From NCBI RefSeq assembly GCF_964355755.1, contig NC_092674.1, forward strand, positions 26,288,001 to 26,352,000: a DNA stretch of 64,000 bases, read 5' to 3'. The notes beneath the pieces are model-generated. The model searched no databases. It was not told the DNA's origin and was given only the letters and a program-made list of their open reading frames with translations. This DNA is from Antedon mediterranea. Its lineage: Eukaryota; Animalia; Echinodermata. A program made the position numbers and the translations under genes. Positions 39,377 through 52,340 of this stretch are shown piece by piece (position 1 is the first letter of the stretch; every line of letters begins with the position of its first letter).

Positions 39377-39680
39377 GTGAGGCCGTGTGGTGCTCTGTGT
39401 TGGACGTTCGACTACTGATCGTTAGACCGAGGTTCGAATCCAACTCTCGTCGCATTTCTTGTATCCTTAGGCAAGATACTTTACTTATGTTTGCCTCTCT
39501 CCACCCAGGTGTATAATTGGGAACCCGGTTAGATCAAGACACAACTTTGCGCTGATTACCAGCTGCATATATGGGAGTATGTTTCCATAGGTGTTTGATC
39601 AGGAAATGACTGGAGTAATAATGTTCAGCGCATTGAGAGCTTGCATATATGCGCTATATAAGAATGAACTATTATTATTA
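39377..39680 (+). mobile_element. tRNA-derived SINE with Deu/Nin-like core and L2-like tail
   Basis: A-box-like TGGTGCTCTGTG, B box GGTTCGAATCC (39431), core ccttaggcaag...tgcctctctccacccaggtgtataa, tail agcgc...gcgctatataa(tta)n. Confidence 0.85.
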
Positions 39681-39892
39681 TATAATATGAGATTAAAACA
39701 GTACTGTCTGCAGAGCAACAAATTATCATTATGCTTTTACAAATGTAAAGTGCCTTCGACCATGTATAGAGCTATATAAATGTGGTATTATTATTATGCC
39801 AATTAACATACAGTACATTTGTTATTGCATTTATTATTATAATCTATACATTTCGAAACTACATTTTACAGTATGGCACTTCTCATGGCTTA

Positions 39893-40037
39893 AGCTCTGT
39901 CTATACTATCAAACTACTTTGACAAAAAAGTGTGATGTTTCCAAATATGGTAGTGGGCTTAAATATGACATCATCATACAGTATATGGGAACATAACATT
40001 TTTTTGTCACATAAATGTTGATAGTGTAGACAAAGCT
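39893..40037. mobile_element. MITE family A copy
   Basis: tta|agctctgtct...agacaaagct|taa. Confidence 0.85.
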
Positions 40038-42451
40038 TAAGACTAATTGATGGCCATAATAATAAAAAAAAATAATATAGTCCATACATATCCTTTTTAT
40101 GTAACACTAAACCAACTCTTTGCAATATTGTACTAATAATATCAAGAATAATTAATTACAATTCTACCTGTTGATTTAGATCTTGTTAATTTGCTGAAGG
40201 TCATGTCCAAATTGTTGTTTCACTGATCGTAAACATGTGTACACGATGCATAATATTAAACAAAGGTCAGTGACCATAATACGTCCAGTTAAGAGACCAG
40301 TATGACAACAAACCCGAAGAATAACGCTGGTCAGTAAATAGATTCAGAATAAGATGAAACTTTACAGAATGGAGTAAATATTGGTTTATAATGCCTCAGC
40401 AAGGGGTATTTATCTGGATTTATGTTATAAAACAAAGAGGATGCAGTATTTCGTTGGTCGGGGTATGGGTTATTGACCTGGTAAAATTTAGGTAGAGTAA
40501 GCAAGGAAGTTTTATGGAAGAACGCATCAAGGAAAAAGACGTACAACTAGGGTATACTGTAAAGCAGCTCCACTAGGTCAAGTTTAGAAAGGATGGAGAG
40601 GGGAGTGGGATGGGTGAAGAGACCAAGGGAATACAAATGTATGACAATGCTGTGGGTATACATTAACATATCCACACGAACATTCCTTTTAATTTAAAAA
40701 ATTAATTTCCTTGTTTCATTCATTTAATTTCATCATATTTGACGGCTTGTTATTTCATTATTATTTAAGGTAACAATATATTATATTATTAAACAAAAAT
40801 AAATTTTATGTTTGGGCATTCGTTGTCAATATCATACATTTTGTATTGTAGAACAACCTGCATGAATAGGGAACTAGATACATGAAGGTAGTATGTTATA
40901 AGTGGTTTATCTCAAGGATATCCAATCCTGGTACAACTTTAAGAAGAGGAGTTAGTTTACAATGAAATGCAGTAGAGAGATTACTTCATTATCATAATAT
41001 TAATTAGTATGAACAGCTATCATCCTTGGAAGACTATATTGATGCGGTATGCAAATTAAAGCAAATTGCTAAAAACATTTTTTAGTGGTTAGCATAACAA
41101 CCAATAATTTCATTCATTATTCTAAAAATTCACACAATATTTCACAGGATAAGAAATTGGTATTAATTAGTAATTAATAATAGAAGTACATGCTGATTTG
41201 ATATGACGTCTGCCTCCAATTAATGACCATTTTGAACATTTAGCTGACTTGATTAAATTTTAATCAATGACCAGCAGTCTTATTCACCAATCGCACTTAA
41301 GGAAGATAAGTATTTCACTTCAAGTCAATAATATTAAGAATTTCCCTTAAGTTGTATTATACATTACATATTTTAAATGTAAGCCAAAGAGTTCTTGTAA
41401 ATGAATATAGCCAAGGTATAACATGTTTTTTCATGCCATAGAAAATGGTCTGATATTGGAGATTGTCTTTAAATAGAGACCTATATAATACTATAGTTTA
41501 TTAATGTTATTCATGTTTCAACAAAATGTCACTGATCTTTATTGCCATGCTAATGGGAATTTTCATAAAAACAAGAACATCAATTTTATCATAAACATTT
41601 GTTACATGTTAGGTCAGTTACATGCTTTAGAGGAGATGCATATTCGTTGCACATTCAGCAGAGGTAAGAGGGCGCACTTACATGTACATTGACCATCGTC
41701 GATTTTTCATCAAAATACGAGACCAGCGATGATTTCTAATTGGATATAATAATTGATTTATATAAAATATATAAATTTCAAAGATAAATTGATGATGAAA
41801 AAGTCGATCCTAATTTGAGACCAAAGCAGTTATATAAAGTCTACAATAGTGTAATACTATCTAAAGGTAAGGGTAAAGTTTTTGAGCCCCAGAAATTTGC
41901 ACCAACTCTGGAATTTACTGGATTACCTTTGTATGACATTGAGTAAACAATACCGGTGATTAAGTCAATAGGCCCAGGTGAGCTGTTGAAATAGATGAAT
42001 CAAAATATTTGCAGGTACGATGTATGCAAACTTGTTGGCAAGGTAAAACCGTGTAAGAATAAGAATTGCATAAATATTACAAAGTTCATCCTTGTTTTTC
42101 ACATGCAGGGCACATTTTTCTACCATTGTGTTTTATTGGTTCAAGAAAGCAAAGAATTCAATAATCGATTATCTGTATATATGTTGTTATATTGTAAAGC
42201 ACTTAATGTTTTAATAGTAACAATGAAAGGGAAAATAAAATAAAAAAACACATGTGATTTCCAGCCTAAAAATAAACTATTAAAATTCTGTAAATAATTG
42301 GTATATTTTACTACTACTGTACTAGCCTCGCATTATTACAAGCATAATCATTAAATAAGTTTTCAACGTTTTTTTCTTTCATTTTTTTGTTGTTTTCACA
42401 TTAAAAAAATAGTTAGTAAAAAGGTTCATCTGGATCACTGTATAGTATTTT

Positions 42452-42817
42452 AAGTAAATTTTCTTTTGGATGATCCAAAGTCGAATAAAATTCGTAAACT
42501 TACGTTTTTTACTCTAGCTTTCGCTGGTCAACGACGCAGCTTAATCATGAGTGAGTCTCTGTGACTTGGACTTGTTACCATTAGATCTCGTATATGGTAT
42601 AGCGCAATCTATAGAAGAGGCCCCGACAATCCCATTTGGGAAAACCTGAACGATCTATAGATGGCGCTATACCATATACGAGATCTAATGGTAACAAGTC
42701 CAAGTCACAGAGACTCACTCATGATTAAGCTGCGTCGTTGACCAGCGAAAGCTAGAATAAAAAACGTAAGTTTACGAATTTTATTCGACTTTGGATCATC
42801 CAAAAGAAAATTTACTT
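42452..42817. mobile_element. Near-perfect palindrome, probable inverted Penelope-like pseudo-LTR remnant
   Basis: 164-bp arms (42452-42615 and 42654-42817) with about 2 mismatches and a 38-nt spacer. Each arm contains a hammerhead-like motif. Confidence 0.7.
42511..42552 (-). ncRNA. Minimal type I hammerhead ribozyme motif (A3-U8 variant)
   Basis: ACUC-AUGAUUA-A-GCUG cgucguugac CAGC-GAAA-GC-UA-GAGU: stem I ACUC/GAGU, stem II GCUG/CAGC, palindromic AGCU stem III. Mirror copy on + at 42717-42758. Confidence 0.6.
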
Positions 42818-44169
42818 TAAAAAAAAAATAGTTTTTGGAAGATGAATTTATTTAATTTCAATCCAATTAATATTATATTTCTAATGCATTATTAGGCATT
42901 AGATTAGGGTAAATCTAGATGCTGGGAAAGGGCTGGTAGTGAGGGAAAATCCCATAGTCCCGGTTACCTGCCCTACTGTACCTGTCTTCTTTTTATACAC
43001 TTGCATGTAATGGTGGGTTATTAAGATTGAATTAAAGGGTAGGCTAGGGAAGGAGGGAGGAAGCTCTAGCCAGCTTTCTTGGGATTAATCTTTGAACAGA
43101 CTACTATACTTATACTATAATAGCTTGTATTTGTATCCTTCTTTAGCAACTGGTCCCAGTATCTTCACCAACATACAGTACAGTATTTACAATAAAATTA
43201 AAGATTAGCATTTTGATTAGAATTGATAGAATTAAGCTTACTAAAACTATTTACATCACTACTAAGAGTGTATTTAGTATTAATACTTACTGACTACTGA
43301 GTAAGGCTTTATTATGTCTCTTTCAAAATTCACAGTCAATGGAATGACGACGTGAATACCTACAACTGAACACGACTGATAATCCAAGAACACTGTCCGA
43401 CATCAAAGTATTACCTCACAACGACCTTCCATTGCCTGCAGCTTTGACCAATCAGCAACTAAGGACACGACGAAGGCAAGAGCCTTCCCACAGTGCTTTG
43501 TGTTTACGTTGCCAGCATGGTTCACATATGCGGCATATTAACCTATCTGAAACTTGTAACTGCTGTACACATAGGGTCATTGAATCCTACGAGCGACGTG
43601 ATACAACTCGTGACGATTTGATTCAGACGCAAATAAAAGAATTCGAAAAATGAAATTCAATGTCTGTGAACTTTTTCTCTCATAATAGTCAATCACAAAT
43701 TATGATTTCTCACAGCTTCTTGGAAATTGACGCAAATATTTAGAGGGTTTACGAGTGTGGACGGAATTTCATGTATTAATTTAAAGATTCCTATTGTCTG
43801 CCACAAGGTATTTCAACTTGTGTGAACAGCTGTTATGAGATGACAAAATAATATTGCAAAAATCAACAAATAGACAAAGCTAAAGAATGTGCTTGCCTTA
43901 TACTCAACAGATATAAATATTAGGTTCAAGAAAAACAGTGTCATTATTTTCTATTGATTTTAGCTTTGATTGTCAAGTAAATATTATTTAATTTAAAAAG
44001 TCCACATCTACTGGTACAGATGGAGGTTATTGTATAGAATAAACTTCCGGAGAAATGTCAACTTCCGGACAAATGTTAACAGATGGAATAAATGGCGAAT
44101 AAAGAATAATTTATACAAATAGCTGGTTGGTTTGGTATAAATTTAAATTAAATAATATTGATAAATTAA

Positions 44170-44985
44170 ATAGATTTGAACATGTTACCAAGACAAATTA
44201 AGTTGGTTTGGTATTTAAATAAAATAAAATACTATAGTTTTGAACTCTACACCATGACGAGTTAGATTAGTTTGGTATTTAAATTTATAAAAAAACACTA
44301 GATTTGAACTCGTCACCATGACGAGTTAGGTTGGTTTGGTATTTTAGTATCTACAGTATTTAAATAAAATAAAACACTAGATTTGAACTTGTTACCAAGA
44401 CTAAATTGGTTTGGTATTTAAATATCTACTTAAATTAAATAAAACACTAGATTTGAACTTGTTACTAAGACTAAATTGGTTTGGTATTTAAATATCTACT
44501 TAAATTAAATAAAACACTAGATTTGAAATTGTTACCAAGACTAAATTGGTTTGGTATTTAAATATCTACTTAAATTAAATAAAACACTAGATTTGAACTT
44601 GTTACCAAGACTAAATTGGTTTGGTATTTAAATATCTACTTAAATTAAATAAAACACTAGATTTGAACTCTACACCATGACGAGTTAGATTGGTTTGGTA
44701 TTTAAATTTGTTTAAAACACTAGATTTGAACTGTACACCATGACGAGTTAGATTGGTTTGGTATTTATATCTATTTAAATTAAATAAAACACTAGATTTG
44801 AACTATACACCATGACGAGTTAGATTGGTTTGGTATTTAAATTTTTTTTAAACACTAGATTTGAACTTAACCAAGACAAGTTAGGTTGGTTTGGTATTTA
44901 AATATCTATTGAAATTAAATAAAACACTAGATCTCATCACCGTGACGAGTTGGTTGGGTATTTAAATATCTATTTAAATTAAATA
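44170..44985. repeat. ~50-60-bp minisatellite
   Basis: Unit aaacactagatttgaacttgttaccaagactaaattggtttggtatttaaatatctacttaaattaaata and variants. Confidence 0.95.
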
Positions 44986-47869
44986 CAACAAAATATTGAT
45001 AAATAACTATTATCAAGCAAACTGATAATTATGTGACTAACTGTGAATAGCGAAATATCAACTGATAAGAATAAGAGTGTTGTAAGTATATAATTGACAG
45101 TTTTGAATTGTAATTCACACAATTATTGTTTAAAACTATTAGTAAGTAGACTTAAAATTGAAAATAAGCTACTGTACTCAACAGCACTAGATAGATCGTG
45201 GATAGATCTAGGTTTCCGATAGGAAAAGTAAGTTCAAAGTCAAATTTGCGGTAGTCTAGATCAGAGTTCAAATAGCCTAAAGTGATCTTTCTTACTCCGT
45301 GTTCGTTGTATGTGATGAAACTGTGTTTTTTCTGTTGGTTTATGATCGTTATCACGCCCCATTGCATCTGTCTCAAACTTGGAAACAGGAAACGTAAGCT
45401 GTACCATTCGACAAAGTAAACAATGATTCTGAATTTTTAATTAAATATAATTTCAGGTAACTTTAGTATAGTAAATGTAAAGTTTGATAGTATAACATTA
45501 TTATGATTTAGCAATTTTAACTTTGCTTATATGGTATCATTAAACCATTTTGGCAAATACAATTTCATATAAGTAATAACAAAATTTATAAATGATTTAT
45601 AGTTTTAAATATTTTAGAATCTTATAATTCATTTTTATATAACTAATTAATTTGTACTATTTATTCTAATTACATTTTATGTTAATATATAAATTTAATA
45701 GAATACATTGAAGCCAAAAAAGATTTTTTTTTATTTCCCACAATTCAATCTTTTTATTACCCACAATTCTGTTAAACTTTAATTCTCACAGTTAGATTCA
45801 TGTTAATTAAAAAAAGTTAAATATCATGTTACAAAACATATCATAAAACTCATAAAAACAATAAATGTGAGCAATTATGATCAATGTCTACCAAAGTAAA
45901 TCTGTCTTGTAAATATATAATAAAACAACTTGGGTTTAGGTTTGATGGGGAAGTTTTAGACGGGATTTAATTAGTGTATGTCTACTGAGTGCCCTCTGGG
46001 GTAAGGTGTGAAAACTTGGTCTTCCCACACCTTTTGTAAGGCTGTATTCTCAGCAGGAGGGTGACATAGCAGTAACCATGACGAAAAACATTCGTATAAA
46101 TCACACAGAAGGCATGAAATTACATACAAATATTTGGAAAAATTTATTACATTGTTGGAACTAATATTTCAAGTAAAACAAATTCTATGGGAAAATATGT
46201 TTAACTTTCTTTTTTTTGTTGAAAATTGATGACAGTTTATTTCATGCCATAAAATATTTTAAAAAATATTTTTTAGCCTGTACAGTATATTAATATATAG
46301 GGTTGAAAGTATTTTTTTAAACATCTGAATTTGTATTGTAAAATTGTAAAGAGGAAACGGCAGTTGGAATAACATAAACAAATGAGAGATATAAATATTT
46401 ATGCTACAGAAAGTGCATAAAAAGGATGTATTACATTTTATTTTAATACGGTCATGATAAAATTGGTATATTATTTGTTAAGCTTCGCTTTTCGCAGAAA
46501 AGTGTCAACAATGAACAAGATGCTGACAGGGTAATGAACCTCAAAAAAAGGTCCTCTCTTAAATTAGTCAAACTTCATCTTTACAGTTTTTAAGTTCCAT
46601 TAATTAATTTACTCTGATGATTTTAAAATTTATAAAATATTTAGATTTATTTTTAAGAGGACTTGAACATGTTATTTTTGGAAAAAAACAAATAAATTAT
46701 CCATGTTTTAATTTGAGTAGGCGAAATGGACAGTTGCACAAACATTTTGGAAAATATATTGCAATATTTATATAAGTATTTCCTGTCACAAAATACTTTT
46801 GTATGTTAAAAATGTGTACATACTTTCGTTCCCAATTGGTCAACATATTTCATAAACAGTACTTCATTTCATTGATTCAACATTACTTTTATATCAGAAA
46901 TCATTACCATAAAATTCAACATTGTCAATAATGGTACCATTGTCTGACCATGAATTAATGTAATTATAAGGCCACTGAAAAACAAAGTTGATGATGTCAT
47001 CTGAGTATACCCCCTAACAATTTTTTCCCTTGGCAATGAAAACAGCTTTTGTATAGAAAATCGTATTTAGATCTTGTGTATTTTTAGGTTTTGTTGTCTG
47101 TGAGTTCAGACTTTACAATCAGATTTTCCGACTCGCAACTTGCATTGAAAACACCCAGTGTATGTTGTAGTAATTTATAGAAGTCAAGAAGGAACACAAT
47201 GACACAAAACAAATCATAATACATCAATTCGTCCCTGGCACCTTAAAACAGAATCCCTCCCTCTCTCAAATTTTTTTTCTATAGATGACGATGAACACAT
47301 TTTTTTTTTTTACATGGCCTAATGGTACCATTGTTTGACCATGAACTAATGTAATAAAAGCATATGAAATTATCACCTAAATTGTTGTCACTGGTCTGAA
47401 TGTGGTTTTGGAAAGTGGTGTTTCCTAAATGATTACTGTACCATTCCATTAATTAAGTTTATTTTCGCATATCCTTAATGTAACATCCTACATACGTGGC
47501 GCCAATCACATAATTGGTATTAATGTTAAAATGAAAGAGAAAAACAACTGAATGAATAGATAATTTTAACGAAAACCAGACAGAATTAATTTCCTGTCGT
47601 TCTACAATTACTATAAGTTTTTCTGAAACATGCAAATAACAATAGTCTCTGGTTTTCCAAGTAAGACAGAACAATAACAACAGTCTTAATGAATATTCAT
47701 TAACTCTTGGGAGGCAAAGGCTCGTTAAAAGGTTGTTAAAGAATGTATAGTTTAATCAATTTGCACATTTATGAAGTTGGGTACTGTACTTTCACTAAAA
47801 CAGTATCACTATCAGAAAGACTTTATTTATATAGCTTTATAAATAGACAGAATTAGTTTTGTTGTCTTA

Positions 47870-48006
47870 AACTCTGTCTACACTATCAAACTAATTTGAC
47901 AAAAAATGTATGATGTGCCAAATATGGTAGTGATATGCCAAAATATGGTAGTGATATGATGTCATTGTGTCAATATATGTCCAAAGTTTGATAGTGTAGA
48001 CAGAGT
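47870..48006. mobile_element. MITE family A copy
   Basis: Same TIRs and internal repeats. Confidence 0.85.
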
Positions 48007-49757
48007 TTTTATTTAGAGTGCATGCCTTTCCAACATCTAAAGAGTGTGCGGTGCAGGTGTTTGACTGAGATCATGGGGTCGAATCTACACTATTGTATCT
48101 GTCAGTGTCAGGGTGCTGTTTTTCAACAGTGCTCTGGCAAAATATGCTATAGTATTGCTTATTAAATAAACTTTACAAAGGGTTTTACTAGGCTTCAGTT
48201 TGTCTGAGCTTGTTAATAAACAGCTTTCAACACAAGTAAAGTAACCCCAGGCCTTTACCAAATGTGTAACACGCACTTGTTGAATAAGGCAAACTTTATA
48301 AGTCTCTCTGCCTTGAACACGCTACCACCACATACCAACTATTGAAACTACAAATCAAGGCTTCATTTGTAAGTGATATGTGACAATTACATTTCTTTTG
48401 ATAATGGAACAATTCCTTCTTAATTATTGCCTTTGATTGACAACTCTATAATCATTGTCAACTTGTATTTAAGTGTCTCGATCTTGAGCTTTGGTTTATA
48501 GCATTCATCGCAAAACAATTCAGTCATTAAATTTTAGATAAACAAGTATTTTATGCTCTATTTGATATCAAACTGAATAAAACTACTTTATTGGTCATTC
48601 TGAAATCAGTGTTTCAGTGCTGTAGCTAGAGAATGGAATGTCAAATAGTGATTTTAAGGGTGGGTAGTGAAAAGTACCAAGATGCTTTTTGGGTGGGTGC
48701 TACGTTGAAATTAAACTGGGAGAAAGAAAGGTCTGAAAATAAAATAAGCACTTAGCTTAAGGATAAGGATTTTACCCCATTGGTGTTTCTATAAAATACA
48801 AAAACTCAGGTAATTCAAGCAGTCTATAGTCTACGAATGCCTCTTACAATACTAGCAAATCATTTACCCACTCACATTACTATACTGTAGTACAGCCCAC
48901 AGCCATAGAAATTATAATCATTACTCTAAAAAAAAGTAGTACGATACACTTCAGAAAATATCAAATATATTGAATTTTAGCATTTGTATTTTTCAATTGA
49001 AAGAAAGATTTTCCTGTTGTGCTTTGCAAAAAAAAAATTTCAATTCCACCTGCCTTTAGAAATTCAACTAATGTATAAAGAAAACAAGGTGAGAATATTC
49101 TTATAAGACAGCAAGTTAGAAATGTTATTTTAATTTTTTAAGAGAAATTGGCCAACATTAAACATGTTCTTTTCAACAAAGAAAGGAATAAAACATTACA
49201 ACCTTATTAACTTTGAACTAGAACATCACATAAACAAATGGCATTGCCATGTACAACATTTATTTTATGTCCACTGAAGTCAAGCTGAACATTTTCCAAA
49301 TACCATTATATACACATCAAGACAAGATCTGTCATGCCGCTAATTATCATCAATTAGAAGTCTATAAATTCCTGTAAGGTTCAAGGGTAACGTAAAGTGC
49401 ATGTTATATCAGGCCTACTCCTGGTCTTGAAATGAGTCAACAGGCCAAGAGCAATGGTCAAGGCCAGTGAATGTTAGCTGTCCCTTCTTGCAGCACACTT
49501 TTGTTTTGTTGTTTTGAACTTTCACAAGGAATTTCAACCCTGAAAGTGAAATAGCAGTGATATTTTTTGTAAAAACTTTCTGTCCCCTTGCAAGGGGAAT
49601 TTATTCATATAAGGCCTCTGGCCCTGAATATGTAAAATAAGTAAACTTGTCCTGTTTCTGCTGCCAAGAATTTAAGATTAATTCATTCAAACGGTTAATA
49701 ACCGGTTATTTTTCGCAGCAGACCAATAGTCATATCTCAACAGATAGTATTGTAGTA

Positions 49758-49924
49758 CAGTCAACTCTCCCTATATACCGAACTCTAAAAAACTGAAACT
49801 CTCCCAAAACCAGACAAATTCATTATTATCATTAAAAACACATTTAAAATATCAGACTTTCCAGAAAACCAGACATATTAGGCTAGCCCAAAGGTGTCAG
49901 GTATTACTGTAGGTGAGTTGACTG
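49758..49924. mobile_element. Tc1/mariner-type MITE
   Basis: TA|CAGTCAACTC...GAGTTGACTG|TA, same family as 15877-16054. Confidence 0.75.
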
Positions 49925-50035
49925 TACAGGTATTATGGTATATCAAAATTTTAAACATTCATCACCACAGAAATGGAAATGAAGATCTCACCACCACCCA
50001 CAACATGATGGAACCACCCAAACTAGCTTGAGAAA

Positions 50036-50150
50036 ACAAGTGCGATGTGCCCAAATATGGTAGTGATATTCCCAAATGTGGTATTGATATGACATCATCA
50101 TGTCCATATATCGGCACATCATAATTTTTTTTTGTCACATAAAGTTTATA
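50036..50150. mobile_element. MITE family A partial copy
   Basis: Internal repeats and gtcacataaagttt retained, termini lost. Confidence 0.7.
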
Positions 50151-51122
50151 TCACTGTACCAGATATGTCACAAACATCACCTTCCAGAAAGTGTTGACAA
50201 CAGTAGCTTTTGTTGACCTCCAGTGACCATGAGGGTTTGTGGATAGATCAAAATAAACTTACAAGGTAGAAAAATACCTTTTATCTTTAATAAGCCCATC
50301 AAACAATTACTGTGCAGCTTTTTAAAACATCTTTTGTAACAATTATAATCAAAGACAGGAATGATAAACAATTGATGATATTTTGCTAGCAATGTCAAGA
50401 GCTCTCATCTTTCCATGGCCCACAGAGGTAAAATAGCCATCCCTTTGTTACTCTATGCGACCAAGCTCCATTGAGAATTTAGAAATTAATACCATCACTT
50501 TAATAAGTTTATAAACGTGTTCCTGTGAATACTGCACGCAGGTAACCCAAGTTATAATATTTCAATTGCACCTTCTGTAAAACTTATAGAATGGGTATTG
50601 ATTACGCACACTTCTTCAGAAGATATAAACAGTTTGTTTGTTCGGGAAATTCAACCTGAAATCAATACTTCCAGATTATGAATTAGATATACAAAATATT
50701 TTACCAATTTCACCAGCGCTTGAGTAGACTCGCATAATCTGTTGCTATCTACGAGTTGTAACTAGACCAGTTTAATTCAAACTTTAACAATGCCAATCAA
50801 CATTTTACCTCATTGATAGGAATCATCGGCGGCCTAGATTTTTTTTTTTTTTCCGGAGCAGAGGTTAATAAACCGTTACAAATATTTCTACTGCACAAAT
50901 CATTGAAAAGCAACGAATAAGTAACGACAACAAGTATGAAGCTTGTTTATGGTACCTGTATGTTGAATACCATGCAATAAACTTACAGTACTACTAGGCC
51001 CAGGCCTACAAAAGAACCCATATCCCAGAGGTGATAATAGGGGTGTTTCCTGAATAGGGATTGGCCACACAATAGTGTTAGAAGAAGTGTTACCATCATT
51101 TCATAGAAAAGTGTCCCTTGAA

Positions 51123-51582
51123 TAGGAGTGTCCACAGGATAGGAGAGTGTCCACAGGATAGGAGAGTGTCCACAGGATAGGAGAGTGTCCACTGGATAGG
51201 AGAGTGTCCACAGGATAGGAGAGTGTCCACTGGATAGGAGAGTGTCCACAGGATAGGAGAGTGTCCACTGGATAGGAGAGTGTCCACTGGATAGGAGAGT
51301 GTCCACAGGAAAGGAGAGTGTCCACAGGATAGGAGAGTGTCCACAGGATAGGAGAGTGTCCACTGGATAGGAGAGTGTCCACAGGATTGGAGAGTGTCCA
51401 CAGGATAGGAGAGTATCCACAGGATAGGAGAGTGTTCACAGGATAGGAGAGTGTTCACTGGATAGGAGAGTGTCCACTGGATAGGAGAGTGTCCACTGGA
51501 TAGGAGAGTGTCCACAGGATAGGAGAGTGTCCACAGGATAGGAGAGTGTCCACTGGATAGGAGACTGTCCACTAGATAGGAG
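51123..51582. repeat. 18-bp minisatellite, ~25 copies
   Basis: Unit ggagagtgtccac(a/t)ggata; explains the repetitive ORFs in all minus frames. Confidence 0.97.
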
Positions 51583-52173
51583 GGTTTTTATTGTAGTTAA
51601 TGATTTTAACTTAAACAATTAATGTAAATTGTAACTTGTGGAAACCCACACATTCAAAGCTTTCCACCCAGCCTAAAGTTTAAATACACAGCAGCCTAGT
51701 TTCAACACAGCACCCATCCAAGAAACGGATTTGTAGCAATATTAAATTGCTTCAAGATTTAACCTATGTACTAATATAAACACCATGTCTAAAATAGAAG
51801 AATTGTACTAAATATAACCGGATAACCATTACAATTTGGCGATTAGGTTTCTTTTAAAGTTCTAGACATTTAACATACAAATAGATCCCCTACAAAGTGT
51901 TGTTTAAAGATATGCATTACTAAGTTCAGTCTCAAACGCATTAGTTATAGGAGTATATATGTCGCCAAGGTGTAAACTATATTAAAAGTTTCCACTGAAG
52001 AGTGACGAAGCATGAAGTAAACACACGGTGGTTTGTGAATAATTATGTTTTAAAGCTATGTTCACATTGAGCACGGTCTAGTGGCTATGTATGCTACGTT
52101 TTGTTAATGCTGCATTCATACACATTTATGTTGTACAGAATCCAACATAAGTGTAAATCATTATTTCTCAAAA

Positions 52174-52340
52174 TTCTGTCTACTCATCACACATTACTGT
52201 ATGTGACATAAAAATGTAATGTGGCCATATATGGACATGATGGTGTCATATCACTACCATATTGGGCATATCACTAACAACCATATTTGAGCACATCACA
52301 CATTTTTCACATCACACTAGTTTGATGTGTAGACAGAGCT
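52174..52340. mobile_element. MITE family A copy (reverse orientation)
   Basis: tctgtctac...catatcactaccatattgggca...gtagacagagct. Confidence 0.8.

Noticed and set aside
39377-39450. tRNA gene
   Set aside because: The A/B boxes continue into a SINE core and tail, with no convincing cloverleaf.
45152-45376. 74-aa ORF beside a minisatellite
   Set aside because: No domain similarity recognised and donor phases do not fit; probably a repeat remnant.
50983-51618. Overlapping 112-158 aa repetitive ORFs
   Set aside because: Artefacts of an 18-bp minisatellite that is open in several frames.
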